NCBI RefSeq assembly: GCF_030684315.1
Contig: NC_081374.1
Location: 32,896,630 to 32,960,629, forward strand
DNA from: Stegostoma tigrinum
Lineage: Eukaryota
Direction of reading: 5' to 3'
Length of the DNA stretch: 64,000 nt
Positions 24,150-37,812 of the stretch are shown here, in pieces (position 1 is the stretch's first letter; every line of letters starts with the position of its first letter). A program made the position numbers and the translations under genes. Below the pieces are notes generated by a model. It was not told the DNA's origin and searched no databases. It worked only from the letters and a program-made list of their open reading frames with translations.

Positions 24150-25500
24150 CCAATGTGACAAAACACAGGAAGATATTAATAAATAACTGCGCACATGTGA
24201 TGTGCGTCATTTTAGTAGGAAGAATAAGATTATATATTGCTAAAATAAGAGCCTATACTAATATGAAGAACAAAGGATTCAGGAGCACAGATAGTTGTAT
24301 CTCTAAATATAATAATGTGTTCTCCAGGATGCAGAGGCATTGGAGAAGATGAGAAAAAAGAGATTCACAAGGATATTCAAACTGAAAAACACATTTCGAT
24401 ATCAGGAAATGGCGAATGACTGTTCCTTTTAGAAAAGGAGAGGGCTGAGGGCAAACCCGAGAGGGATCTTATGCATGAAGAGAAGTTTTTTGAAAAGGCA
24501 GACTCAAAAGCAACTGCTTCCCGACCCAAGCAGAGGTGGTTTCTGTGTGTAGGAAATTCCTGATCTACATTCAATTGGGAACCCAGTTTCATACTACATC
24601 TTTATTCCAGCTTTTCCCAGGATGAGACCTGAATCTATTTGGAACCACTTTGTTTTTCAGAAAATTGAGTTTTGCATGTAATCCTATGTAAACCTCTCAA
24701 TGCACTCTGAAATTATAGTGGACACAGTTTTGCTGGTGACTTCTACAACTACTTCATCAAAGCCTGCCTGTGTCACATTTGAAATATACAAGATTTTGAA
24801 AAAGCTTCACGTGGTGAACACTGAGATTGTTTTCATCAGTTGGGGAGGAGAACATAAGTGAGGGGACGTAATCTTCGCCCCAAGTGATCAGCCCCTTTTT
24901 TCTGAGATAAGGAGAAATTACATCATTCAAATGGTTGTGAACCTTCAGAAGTCTCCACTCGAGGCTTTGTTGATACTTTAATTGTTGACGACATTTTAAG
25001 GTTGGGTTGGTCTCTAAGGAAATTAAAAGATATGAGGAGTGAGTAGGAACCTACAGTTGAAACCTGAGATTGTCTATGATAGCATTAAATGGTGGAGCAA
25101 GCTCAGTGGCCCATATGCTGCTGTCCCAATTTCTGATGATCTTAAAGGGAAATCTGTTTCTCAGTTGTCAAATGTTCCTGCTCTTCTGGTAAGAATTAAG
25201 TATTTAAGACTATACACAAAGAGAAGTGCATCTTTGTGGGCATGTCCAAAACTAGAACTCGCAAATATGAGAGTCACAAATAAATCAATCCAAGAATCCA
25301 TGAGAAACCTCCTCATCAAAATAATGGTAAGCATGTGCAACACACTACCATCAGTTAAGACATATATAGGTACATTTAAGGTTAAGCTAGGCAAATGTAG
25401 GAGGGATAAACAACAAACGAATTTGCTGTTTGAGCAAAAAAGGGTAAAGGAGTCCTGTGTGGAGCATAATTGCCAACAAAAGCAAGTTGAAAAAAATGGT
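24150..25500 (+). mobile_element. Cluster of very degenerate CR1 3' fragments
   Basis: GCAGAGGCATTGGAGAAGATG...AGATTCACAAGGAT, GAGATAAGGAGAAATTTACATCATTCAAATGGTTGTGAAC and ACATTTAAGGTTAAGCTAG motifs. Confidence 0.6.
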
Positions 25501-25504
25501 CTGC

Positions 25505-25860
25505 TTCTGTGCTGTAAATCCTCCTTCAGAATGTGGTAACATTGCGTACCAACTACAATGGAGCCATTTGACGGACTTCAATGGCATTTTTTCAAGTCTT
25601 GACTTCTGTTGCCTTAGAACAAGGCTAGAAATGCCGCCACCTCCTCTCCAATTACAGATCAGCCCAACTTGGAAGTATATCACAGTGTCTTCATCACTGT
25701 GTCAAAATCATGGAACTTTCTCCCTAACAGCACTGTAACACATGGACTGCAGTTATTTAAGAATGTGGTTGATCACTATCATCTCGAAGGCATTTAGACT
25801 TGGGCAGCAAATGTTGACCTTGCTAGTGAAGCCCAAATCTATGAAATTAGAAAAGAAAAG
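25505..25860 (+). mobile_element. 3' end of LINE family D
   Basis: ACTTGGAAGTATATCACAGTG...GTCAAAATCATGGAACTTTCTCCCTAACAGCACTGT...GGGCAGCAAATGTTGACCTTGCTAGTGAAGCCCA, homologous to 42340-42540. Confidence 0.7.
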
Positions 25861-26559
25861 GATTATTTGTAATGTGAAGAAAATGAAACATCATTGAGAC
25901 TCGGTGAAATAAATGATTTAGTAGTCTTCAAGTAGATAGTGATTGATTTTAATTCATTGGACATTTTTCTGCAAAAACACTTTTTTTTAATAGTTTAGAA
26001 TCTTGCCCAATGAACATCTCCAAATGTGTTAACAAGATTAATGGGGTCTGTGAAGCTATGTCAGGTTTTGAAAGAATCCAGGGTAAACAGACAATGGTCC
26101 AAGTATCAGGAAAGTTTTAAATTTGATTTGAAAGATAAAGCCATAAGTACAATCCATTCAATGAGTGAATAAAATAGTTTCAGAAGAAATATGAAGATCT
26201 GAAGGAGAAGAAAACAAAATGTTGATGCTTATTTGATACTAAATAAAACTTAACCAACTTTTTAAAAACTGAATTTAACATTGCCAAAGAGAGAATTAAC
26301 GAGTTTCTGTGTCAGCAACAAAACTGGGTAGAGCTTCTGAAAACTCTGAATTTTGAATCCATGCCAACTTGCAGTCTAGTCAGTGGGTCTCCCAAGACAT
26401 TTTTAAATAGATTGAAAATATAATTGTTTGTGACATGTCAATTATGTAATGATTTATATGCTAAGCACATTTACATAAAGTAATGATCACTGCTGGTTAG
26501 TTCATCAGCTGGCAGAAGATGCTGCATGTCAAAATATAACTTTTGATACAAATCATGGA

Positions 26560-26960
26560 ACGAAAGCAATTGCATCTAATGTACTGTATTTCCTGGCCTC
26601 AGGATATCTAAACGCGTTAATATTCATTGTGTTTTTACAGTATAGTCACTGTTACAATCATGGAAACATGGCCATTTTTATGCAACGTAAAATTCATGAA
26701 CAACAGCCAAATACGTGATGAGAATGTCTCTGTCTCTGTTTCTATCTTTAATATGATTAAATGTTAAAAGATTGAACAGGCCATTGGGAACATTCCATAT
26801 CTCAGTTTCAAATAGCCAGGGTTTCTTTCATACTCCAAGATGACAGACCAAGGTTAATTCTGTTGCCAAAATACAGCACTTGCCACAATCCTGGCCCCTG
26901 GTAGGTACCAGACTTGAGTGTTGGCTTAGATTTTGTGTACATGGTTTGATTTGAGGTGAC
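26560..26960 (-). mobile_element. Highly degenerate Deu-domain SINE (SacSINE1-like)
   Basis: GTATAGTCACTGTTACAAT...GGAAACATGGC, TTCAAATAGCCAGGG and GAGTGTTGGCTTAGATTTTGTG resemble the reverse complement of the shark DeuSINE as I recall it. Confidence 0.45.
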
Positions 26961-27879
26961 TTGGCTAAGCTATCATCCAAGACTAGTCTTTTACATTTGT
27001 CTGAGGCTTTTTCTCCCACTCATTAAATTTTCCTAAATTCCTGGTTATAACATTCTAAAATGAACTTGGATTATTTAATTCATTGGAACTGACCTGGACT
27101 AAGGATTCCTCCTTTATTGTTTTGACCATCTCTAAAAGTTAACATGCTGGAAGTTCCCAACAGGCTAATCAGCTTTGCAGAGAAAAGTGTAGGTTAGCAT
27201 CTGAAATATTAACGTGTAATTTACCCATTTATGAATGCTAACTAACTGTGTACTTAGAGCAGTTTCAATTTAACTAAATAAGGGAAAAGTAAACTATCTA
27301 TAGTTCTATCGTGTTTAGCCTCTGCTTTCACTTTGCTAAGGACACATGTTCATAACTCCAGTAATGCACTCTCTTCTAAAATGGCTAACATTGAATCCTC
27401 ATGCAGATAAATTTTAAATGCCAATGTTTCTAAAATGTTACCCCGCAACCTATTTGGTCAATTACAGAACTAACTTTGAGTAACTACTATGTGTAGAAAT
27501 AATAACAAACAAATGTATACCACATGAGTAGGGATAAAATAGCAATCGACGAATTTGCAAGCTGTCTTGCCATCTTGGTAGATTTGGTACTCAACATGTC
27601 GAACAAGTGCAGAATTCCAATTAAGGAAGGAAGTAGAACACTGAACCCATGTACTGAGTATTGTGCCCAATTGAGGCCACTGAGAACTAAAGGAAAACAC
27701 GGGGAGCTGTTCAGCCACAAGGCTGGTACTTGGTGTTAGTCTAGGACACATTGGAGAACTGGGTATTTTGCAAACTTGACAGTAAAACTAGTGATTGTTG
27801 TTTTTTTTTCCTTCTGTATTATCTGGAAAAGGTAATTCAAGTATTATTTCAAATTGACAATTTACAGAACAGCAGTTTG

Positions 27880-28330
27880 TATCAGTATAGTAGCCTTAAT
27901 TTAGTGAGGTGTCTCAAGGTGCTTCAAATGTGCATTATCAAACAAAACTTGAGAGCTTGACAAAGAATTTTGGTACAGGTAACCAACAGCATGATCAAAG
28001 AGAGGACCATCCTCACAAAGGAAAGAGTTGAAAAGATTTCAGGAGGATGTTCTAGATTTAAGGTCTGGCTATGCCTACCAATGATGAAGTGGTTTCAAAT
28101 TCTGGGATGAATAAGAAGCCATAGGGGATTTCTGATATCTTTGAAGTTGAGGAGTTTTAAGAAGAGATGTAATAAGGCCATAAAGATTATGGGAAATAAG
28201 AATGAGAAAAAAGGTCAAAACAAGTCAAAAACCATTTCAAAACTGATTTTCAAGAGGTGACGGAGAGTAATAAGTAGATGGAATGGATAGCACATTTTCA
28301 AATTAGTAGCCCTAATTTGCTGAGGTGAGG
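27880..28330 (-). mobile_element. Old L2-like LINE 3' fragment
   Basis: TATAGTAGCCTTAAT...TCTCAAGGTGCTTCA followed by purine-rich GATTTCAGGAGGATGTTCTAGA, which resembles a reverse-oriented L2 end. Similar tracts lie at about 31320-31560 and 15.0-16.0 kb. Confidence 0.45.
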
Positions 28331-28361
28331 CATTTGACCAATTGATAGACAACTTGCTTTG

Positions 28362-28453
28362 CAAACTGAAAGAACTGCAGACGCTGTAAATCGGGAACAA
28401 AAACTGAAAGTGTTGAAAAAGCTCAGCAGGTCTGGCAGCATCTGTGAAGAAAA
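28362..28453 (-). mobile_element. Penelope-like terminal fragment (family B)
   Basis: AAAGAACTGCAGACGCTGTAAATC...GCTCAGCAGGTCTGGCAGCATCTGTGAAGAAAA matches 12.3 kb and 22.4 kb. Confidence 0.75.
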
Positions 28454-28584
28454 CTCTGGATAAACATGGATGCTTACCCAGCAATACCCCCGTCCATGAA
28501 AACATAACGAATTGTAGAACATCTGCCAATGGAGAGGTAGATTTGGAAGTGTCTGTGTACTCTGTATAAGCTGAGTGCTGAGAT

Positions 28585-29508
28585 AGACAACAGACAATAG
28601 GTGCAGGAGTAGGCCATTTGGCCCTTCGAGCCAATGCCTCCATTCATTTATGAAAATGGCTGATCATCCACAATCAGTATCCTGTTCCTGCCTTATCCCC
28701 ATACCTTTGATTCCACTATCTTTTAAGAGCTCTATCCATCTCTTTCTTGAAAGTATCCAGAGATTTGGCCTCCACTGCCTTCTGGGACAGAGCATTCCAT
28801 ATATCCACCACTCTCTGGGTGAAGAAGTTTTTCCTCAACTCTGTTCTGAATGGCCTACCCCTTATTTCTAAACTGTGTCCTCTGGTTCTGGACTCACCCA
28901 TCAGCGGATACATGCTTCCTGCCTCCAGAGTGTCCAATCCCTTAATAACCTTATACATCTCAATCAGATCCCCTCTCATCCTTCTAAACTCAGGTGTATA
29001 CAAGCCCAGTTGCTCCAATCTTTCAACATATGATAGCCGCGCCATTCCGGGAATTGACCTCGTGAACCTACGCTGCACTCCCTCAATATCAAGAATGTCC
29101 TTCCTCAAATTTGGAGACCAAAACTGCACACAATACTCCAGGTGCGGTCTCACCATGGCCCTGTACAGCTGCAGAAGGACCTCTTTGCTCCTATTCTCAA
29201 TTCCTCTTGTTATGCAGGCCAGCATGCCATTAGTTTTCTTCACTGCCTGCTGTACCTGCATGTTTGCTTTCATTGATGTACAAGAACACCTAGATCTTGT
29301 TGTACTTCCCTTTTACCTAACTTGACTCCATTTAGGTAGTAATCTGCCTTCCTGCTCTTGCCACCAAAGTGGATAACCACACATTTATCTACATTAAACT
29401 GCATCTGCCGTGCATCTGTCCACTCACCTAGCCTGTCCAAGTCACCCTGTATTCTCATAGCATGCTCCTCACATTTCACAATGCCACCCAGCTTTGTGTC
29501 ATTATCCA
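28585..29508 (-). mobile_element. Relatively young 5'-truncated CR1 (HER1-like) LINE, RT C-terminal region with one frameshift
   Basis: ORFs 29270-29509 (DTKLGGIV...QFNVDKCVVIHFG...DLGVLVH) and 28716-29273 (RPHLEYCVQFWSP...QRRFTR...RGDLIEMYK...NFFTQRVV), plus a short tandem tail at 28585-28600. Confidence 0.95.
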
Positions 29509-32439
29509 AGGTCTCTTTTTAAAATTACTCTTTACTTAATATTCTATGAACTATTCACACTCTTAGATTTAACACTAGGCTTACCCAATGTCTCTCTTCA
29601 GCCTCTTCGTCATGTGATATCTTCCCACTACAGACATTGATGACTATTTACATGAACCATTTTATATGAGACTAATGAAAGTATATACTTGCATCTGTTT
29701 TCCATCACTTGCTCTTGATTTACTATATGTAATCATTTTTTGTGATTAGGGGATGAATCTACTTGATGTTACCACTGATGTTGCCAGCCACATGAGATCC
29801 CCTTGACTTAATGCCTCAATCAAACAAAATCAAAAACTTCACACCAGAGATCATTAGATCTTTGTACATAATGAAACCAGAGCACAGTTACCTTCCTGCT
29901 GATAATCCCATCCGTAAACTTAAGCTTTAAGTACTTTTCTGTCTTAAGTCTAAATGTATTAGCTTTTTGTTTGTTTGGCATACTTAATTTGTTACACGGT
30001 TATGTGGGCTAGTACTGCATATAGATATGTGGTGCATTTTAACCTCAACAATATACAGACTTCAAAAGACTAACTAGATGGAGAGGTATACAACTTAATG
30101 TAGACGCTGTTGCTGACGGAGTTGTACAAGCTGATTTGTCATGCCTTTGTTCATTGGAAGAGATAGGGCTGTTTAAATTTTTAACTAGCATTTATTATAA
30201 GAAGTAGTAAAAGTCTGGTTTTGCTTCCTTGGCCTCTGTAACTTCCACCTAAATAGAACCACAACTTCATTAGCCAAAGTTCTTGGAAGTATAGAGTGAA
30301 AACATCAAAGGTGTGCAATTACAGACAGGATGGTAACATTGTTGGGGTTTATTTGAAGAAAACTTTATCCAAGACAAAACTTCTGGGATCTGAAGGTGAT
30401 GGACAAACTCCTCGCTGTATTTAGCCTTGCAGTTCAGATTCAGTTCAATCTGAAGTTGTTTGGAAAATGAAATGGAGAGAAAAATCCATTATTTCCTCAT
30501 TGAGCAAAGATGATATGGATTCCGCTGAATGAGTTGAGTAAGTTTCTCTTGTGGGAATTTGTGTGGGTGTCTTGGCAATGAGTTTATCATTGCAACATTT
30601 TTTTTAAAATTCTGGCAAGATTTTCCCCGTTGTAAATTGAGATAAAACAGACTAGATAGCAAAAGAAAAATCATGCTGGTGACCTGTTTAGGCAGTTTGC
30701 AGTCTCCATTTCTGCCTGAGGCTGGGGACCGACAGGGGGTGGGTGGGAATGCGAATCACTCCTTGTTAATTGGGCAGATTGAGGTCATTGGGAACTCGTT
30801 AAAGTAATGCTTTGTGACCTGTCAAGATTTTAATGGGGGCAGGCAGTCATTAGGAACTGACCAGCTGCAATCTGCTTGGAACAGGCATGGTAGTGCTGGA
30901 ACTTATTTATTGCCAAAGAAAAAGCTGGAAGTTTGAACAAAAAAATGTTCTGAGCACCTTGTATATTCAACAAAATCACAGGTCCCACCAACTTGATTGC
31001 TGCGAACATGAAGATTCTCTTTTTTTTAATGTTGCACACCAAGATTCAGGTCAAAATGTCACCTAGTGACCTGTGATTTGTCATGACAGCCAATTTTATC
31101 CAACTTCTCCGGAAGAAATGTGCGATTTTATTCCAGAATCAAAACATTATGTTTTCCACAGTTTCAATTTTTTCAATACCTGAGTTGTAACCAAAATGCT
31201 CTAATGCAAACTATCGATTTTAGTAAGGAAGATGCATGGGGAATATTCAGCTTGTAATTTTTCAATTTTTTTAATGTGCATTTGATGTACAATAACAATA
31301 TATTGCTGTTATTAGGATCATTAAAGGAAGAGACATGAATAAAGTTTTCAGAGGCTATGTTTTGAAAGTTTTTAAAGCTAGAGAAGCATGCAGTGGCTCA
31401 GCTTGCTCTGAGTGGTGAGGATGAACAAAGTGCCTGATTGTGGGGTTTGAAGGCAAGTTCGGTCGAGAGAAAATTAGTGATAAGATTAGGTGAACATTTG
31501 AAGACGAGAACAAGGATTTGAAATTCAGTGTGTTGAAGACACAATGATTTGTAGGATAGTGAAATGAGCATTAGTTTATCTGTGAAGGATACTAGCCGTT
31601 ACATTTTTTTTAAGAGCACTGCAATTCATAAAGCTTTTAAAAAGGTACACAAGATACTTAAGATCATAAGTAACATGCATAATAACTTCATCCGTGATGG
31701 GTAAGAGCTGAAAAACTGCATTCTTCCAAGTGGTCTCAAAGCTGGAAAGAATTTGTGATTTAAAAGTCAAGCTTACCTATAGCCTGTCAGAGCTTGATCG
31801 CATGGATGAGGAGGGTGACAGGCGTGATGACAAGTGGCAAACTTGGAGCAAAATCGGGTGGTGTTCTCTCTACGGTTCATTGTTGAAAGTTTTGATTCAC
31901 CCAAGACTTGATGTCAGGCAGTTGGGCATTGCAGAGCTGGGTTAGAAGGACAGAATAAGCGTGGAAAATGTGGAGCTGTGGTACAGCAGTAAACTTATAG
32001 AAACTAACTAGCTAGTACAAAATTTATTTGAGGAAAAGTGTAAGCCAAAGAAACTGGGAAAACAGCATATGTGAAAGCTAGAGAAAAAGTGTCATTGATT
32101 CCACCAATGTACCTCTGTAAAGGATTTAGATCATACAGGACTGTCCGAGGGAAAAATAAATGAAATAATGGAACCGCTGGGATACTTTTTGATTGCAGAG
32201 TGCACCTTATCTTTTGAAGGACTGACTATTCTTAATTGGAGTGCTTCCTGATGCCTATGCAGCCTGTGAATAGCACAGGATAGCAGCAGCTGGTTATCTG
32301 CATCCCATGATAATAAGCAAACAGCAGGAATAGTATATTCTACCTGAGACAATACTAATATAGATTCATGCCTTTCGGCCATTTGAGTCTGTGTCAGCAT
32401 TAATACTACTACTGCTACTAAAAGTGCACAAATCTCAAT

Positions 32440-33030
32440 TTCCTGCACTTGTCCCATATCCTTAAATGTTACGATATTTGAAGTACTCATTCAAATATTT
32501 TTTTTAAAGGTTGTAAGGTTTCCAGCCTCCACTAATGTCTCAGGCAGTGCATTCTAGATTCCCACCACTCACTGAGAGAATTTTTCCCACGTCTTCTCTG
32601 AATAACCTGCCCCTTCCCCTAAAAAAAATACCCTCCTGAAGATAGATCCCCCAGCCAAGGAGAATAGCTGACTCTTCACTCTGCAAAGTCCTGCTGTTTG
32701 CCTGCTGTGCACCTGGGGTAGAGGAGTCAAAAACCATAGGGCATAGGTTTAAGTGAGAGGGGAAGGTTTTAAAACAGACCTAAGGGGAAACTTTTTCACG
32801 CACAGGGTAGTGAGTGTATGAATGAGCTACCAGAGGAAGTGGTGGAGGCTGGTACAATTACAAAATTTAAAAGGCATCGGAATGGGCATATGAATATGAA
32901 CGGTTTGGAGGGATGTGGGCCAAATGCTGGCAAATGGGACTAGGTTTATCTAGGATATCTGGTTGGCATTGACAAGTTAGACTGAAGGCGCTGTTTCCAT
33001 GTTGTGTATCTCTATGACTCTGTGACTCTA
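32440..33030. mobile_element. Adjacent CR1 3' fragments (- about 32440-32715; + 32715-33030 with tail)
   Basis: + part: GGGGTAGAGGAGTCAAAAACCATAGGGCATAGGTTTAAG...GAGCTACCAGAGGAAGTGGTGGAGGC...TCTATGACTCTGTGACTCTAT. - part: CAGGCAGTGCATTCTAGATTCCCACCACTC. Confidence 0.8.
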
Positions 33031-34869
33031 TCTGTTTATAGGCACAATTGCATTTCCTAGCCTGTTTCTCAGTGAGTCTGAATTCCATGGGATAGTAGCA
33101 CTGTTTGTTTGATATTGTATCCAGATTTGTTTCAAAGTTTTATCCCTTTGTACATGTTCATGCTGTTTAGCACTTAATTAAGCTGCACAGTTTAATAAAA
33201 TAAATGGTTCCTAGACACACCAAAAATGGTGATAAACCATGCTGCCTTGCAAAGAGAAGAAATGATTTCATTGGATTTTGTTTTTGGCACAATTAGCAAA
33301 ATCTTGCTGGCTTACTACTTTCTAGCCTGAAATAATGTCTCTCCAGTGCTGTGGTTTGTAATTTGGTCAAGGACTGACAGGAAGGGTGACATGCAAATAT
33401 CGAATTATGCATCAGTGGAATAACTGAAACAATGAGTTGCACTTAGGTTGCATGTCTACCCTTGTATGTGCATCCAGTTTTAGTGACTTTTTTTGGTGGA
33501 CTTTTTATGCTTCCAGCATTTAATATTTTTCCATATATATTTTTTGGTCAGTTCTTGGGTATCAGATCATGTTGACCAGTAGCACCGTATCAAATTTGTG
33601 TTGCAAGTAATGGTACAATTTTTAAAAAATTTCCCACTGGTGTTACCTTTGCAGTCTGAGAGTCTGGCATAAAGAGAATAGATTGCCAAAACTACTAGTC
33701 TGAAATCCAAACATCATCTTTTCCTCAGTATACTCTAGCGTTTATGGCTGTGTTTGTCGCACGATGCTTGTTTTACACAATTTACCAGTAAAACCAAAGG
33801 AAAAGATAAAAAGCAAAGGAATATTTTCATTCTTTTTGAGAGCAATTCACTGAAATTATACTTCTTTTAATGTGTATTTTTTGATTTGATATTGTTACAT
33901 TTAAAGTTTGAGTTTGACTTGATTTCTAAAATCCAGTTTAAACACTGGGAATGTGACTCATTTGTATCTGCTTTTTGTTAGACTCTTCCCTATTAGTCTT
34001 TTGTTTTCTATTACTGGCATGTGGCTCTGTTGTGAAGCAGCTCCGAAATTATGTACTGCGTGCCACTTCCTCCAGCTGGGAAGATTCAAGAATGATGAAA
34101 TTATTACGGAAAGGATGAGATGGAACACAAAAGTCATCCAATTAAGCAAAATGTTAAAAGATGGTAATCTGGCAGTCATCTCAGCTTTGGTCTGCCTGAA
34201 ATTTTACTTGCTACTAAGGGCCAATTTCAAAAAATCTTTGACGTTTGTGCTGGTTAGAAGGGAGGAAATAATAGCACGCTTTCTAAAATAAATTTGATTT
34301 ATCTTGTCACTAGAAAACATCATATGTTACAAAGAACTTGAACAAATGTCTCGTGGGTGAAAGTAACTATATGCAGTCAGTTAATTGTTGCTTAATTCAC
34401 TAAATTAGCCCATGGTGCAATTGTGCTGAATCAAATGTTACTAATCAAATGTAGACTTTATAAGCTTTTAGGTGCATATTCATAGAGTAAACTATAAACA
34501 AGCTACCTTTTATGGATAAATGCTATTTAATACGCAATGTTTAATTTTCCATAAATGTGAATGATAGATTCATGCTTTGCAAGTTGACTTATTGATTTTA
34601 TATTGTGAACAAAAATAAACAGTACACTTACGCAATTAAAAGTAGTGCAAATCAGTTAAATATTTTATTATTGTTCTTCATTTGTAATGGAGTTAATTCT
34701 CTTCTCGGGCTGTTTGTGGAGATGCAGCAAGTTATATTTTGGTGGGAGGCTACTTGAAAATTTCATTTTCAATGTATCTTAAATGATGTAAACTAGGGAA
34801 CACACACTTTTTTTGTTTTTTTTAAAATTTTTTTTTTCCACATTAGCTAATGTTCAACAGCCAAAACAT

Positions 34870-35612
34870 CGCCAAGATGGTAATGCCATTGCACTGATCT
34901 TAGTGGTTCAAGCTAATGCTCTGGGAGTACTGGTTCAATCCCACCACAACAAGTATTGGAATTTACAGTCAATTAGCAAAATCTGGTTAAGTCTCAGAAG
35001 TATTGAAAATTGAAGCTTTCATTATTAAAGCACACTTGATTGACTTGTGATTTTTTTGGAAAAGAAATCTGTCATTCTTACGTAAAACCGACCTACGTCT
35101 GACTCCAGATTGACAGTAGGATAGTTAACTCTTAAATTATCTCTGAAATGGCCCAGCAGGCCATTCAGTTCAAGGCAATTAGAGATGGGCACCAAATGCT
35201 GGTCATGCCAGTGAGACTGGGTTACGTGGTGGCACAGTGGTTAGCACTGCTGCCGCTCAGCACCAGGGACTTGGGTTTGATTCCACCTACTAGGTTGCTG
35301 TCTGTATGGAGTTTGCACATTCTCCCCAAGTCTGCATCTCTTTCCTTCGGCTGCTCCAATTTCCACCCACAGTCCAAAGATGTGCAGGCTAGATAGATTG
35401 GCTGAGATAAATTACCTGCATTGTCCACAGACAGGTTAGATGGTGTAGGTTAGTTGGATTAGCCATTGGATATGCAGGGTTACAGAGCTAGTGTAGGGGT
35501 GTAGGTTTGGGTGCGTTGCTCTTCAGAGCCTATCGAGTCCACATTGATCCTAAATGCCCTGTTACCATGCTGTAGGGATTCTATGATTCCACATCCTATG
35601 AATGAACAATTT
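34870..35612 (+). mobile_element. tRNA-SINE family C whose 3' tail is split by an HE1 insertion
   Basis: Head GGTTCAATCCCACCAC, core ...GACTCCAGA...AACTCTTAA...CTCTGAAATGGCC, tail GGCAATTAGAGATGGGCACCAAATGCTGG...|HE1|...CCACATCCTATGAATGAA. Confidence 0.75.
35219..35589 (+). mobile_element. HE1-type V-SINE
   Basis: GTGGTGGCACAGTGGTTAGCACTGCTGCC...GGAGTTTGCACATTCTCCCC...CTGTAGGGATTCTATGATTC. Confidence 0.9.
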
Positions 35613-37706
35613 CTTCTTAGCATTTTTTTTTGACACTCAGTCCATATTCTATAAGAATTGTTGCTTAGTTTTGCTGTGAACATTGATTATTTTAAGATTG
35701 CTTTGTATTAATTATTCACCTTTTTCTGGCCAAACTCATGCTTTTTATTTCCATTTCTCTAAAGATACTTTGCATTTTTATTCTCTTTAAATATGTAGTG
35801 GAACTGTCTTTTCTCCGAGTGCACAGCCACTGATCAAGATAGCTCCTTAGTCTTGTGCTCACCATAGTAGTCTTTATTCTCACATTCTCTCCATCAGTAC
35901 TGCAATTTGTTATTGAACAATCAAGTAGCAGATCAGTGAGGTGTGTGTGTTTGTTTATCTGTGGGAGGGTGGGCTTGATGACTAGAGTATCTTAAAACTG
36001 CGGGTGTTTATCAGCTAAGTGATATAACCAGTATTGTAGATGACTGATCAAGATAAGTAATTGTATTTAGTTTTTAAGTTGTATCATGGGTGCAAATTAC
36101 ATGTTGCAGGACAGTAAACCTGTGATTTAGTTGTTGCGTGAGACATCTTATGAGGTTCAAAAATCATATCTATTCAGCGTAGAAATGCTTATTATGTGGA
36201 AAAGAAAATCCATCTAAAAGTTGATGTTAGCAATTTAAGTGGATAAACATCTAATGTTCATGCAACATAATTTTTTTAAAAAAGAAATGGCAATTAATCA
36301 TGCAAAATAAATGTTGTTTAATACCAATGTTAAAGGAGCAAAGTGATGTACAGTAGAAATACAGTGCTTTTCAGCTAATATCACTATTAATTTTTGGTCA
36401 TTTCCAATTATATTGAACCAATTAATGCACAACATTTTTAGTAATGTTTTACCTCCATTAACATCCGTTTGGAATTTGAAGTATTTAAAGCCTAATTACA
36501 GAGTGATTTTAACCAGACCAATAATCCAAGAAGAAAAGTCATAAGAACTGTAAGGTCTGAAACCAATAAGAAATATGTACTATTCCCTTTGATAGAAGTT
36601 GGAGTAAAAACATTTTTTTCAGTTAAGTAGTTACAAATACTTATCTGATAGTAAATTATTCATTGTCAAATACATTGTAGTTTTAGCATAAATTATGTAG
36701 CATTATAAATGTGTTGTTGCATGAGATGTAGGTAGTCATTAAACAGAAAAGGATCCTTGCAAGTCAGCAATGGGCTATCATTTGAAATAATAATCTTGAG
36801 AAATTTATTTACCAGATGGTTCTTGAAATGAATTGAAACTGTGTAGTCCTCTTTAGAACCTCCGTATATTCCAGTGTGGTTTTGTAGTCAGTGAGGTGTT
36901 CTTGAAGTTTATTGACGAGTTTAGAAACGTATGATTGTATGGAATAAAGGAACTAGATGTGACTTTGCTCATAGCAAGATGAAACTCGGTACTGTTGCTC
37001 CCAAGTCAAAGGTCACTGTAGATATGGTAATTTGGATTGATGTTGTTGCAGTCATGAGGAAGTGCTGCAATATTGAAGCTTCTATGTTTCAATTTTAATA
37101 TGAATCCATATTCAATCTGCTTTCTTTGAAGGGTGCAAAGCAAAGAGAAAAAGTTCTGTGGTAAACTTCAAAGTTCTTTTTTATTTTTGTAGGTTTCTCC
37201 ATCAAAGAAGTACAGCAACCACAGTTGTTAACCTAAAACAGGTGTAAAGCTTCCTGCAACAGAAGGTTCTTTAAATGTTTCCCCAGTTTATGTAACCAGT
37301 TTATTATTTTCAGATTTCAATTATTTTTTGAGATTGCAACATTTTTACCTCTGTAAATTTTTAAAGCTGTCTCCCTTCAATGCATATCAAACAAGTTGAC
37401 TCTTGAGCGGGTCACAAGTTGATTCATTCTTGCCTCACTGAATCTGATACTGGTTCCTTATTAACTTCAATTCCTGGGAGCTGACCGTCGTGCACCTTAC
37501 CCAAGTACTTACAATGCATGAATAAATCTTGGCCGTAATTTTTAACAGGCTATGGTATCATGGAGGCATTTCATAAAAAAAATTACCCCATTCTAATGTA
37601 ATGTCCACATGCGCAGGCTGCTCATAGGGGCTATCGACAAGAATTAAGAACAGGCATTTCCCTTTCTAACTCAAGATCATTGAAACACTGTACAACTGAT
37701 AATGTA

Positions 37707-37812
37707 GATATTTTATAATCAAACTGTTCAGTGATGTTATCACACACCTCTGGAGCAAGTACTTGAACCTGTGCTTCCTGTTCAGAGGTAGAGGCACTGC
37801 TGCTGTGCCACC
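37707..37812 (-). mobile_element. Short tRNA-headed SINE-like element (family F)
   Basis: Reverse complement GGTGGCACAGCAGCAGTGCC...AGGTTCAAGTACT...GCTCCAGAGGTGTGTGATAACATC. Homologous copy at 48328-48432. Confidence 0.6.

Noticed and set aside
25039-25738. 166-aa ORF and neighbouring ORFs
   Set aside because: They run across decayed CR1 and LINE D fragments and show no coherent domain.
28747-29325. Longest ORF in the window (192 aa, +)
   Set aside because: It is the antisense shadow of the CR1 RT frame on the minus strand.
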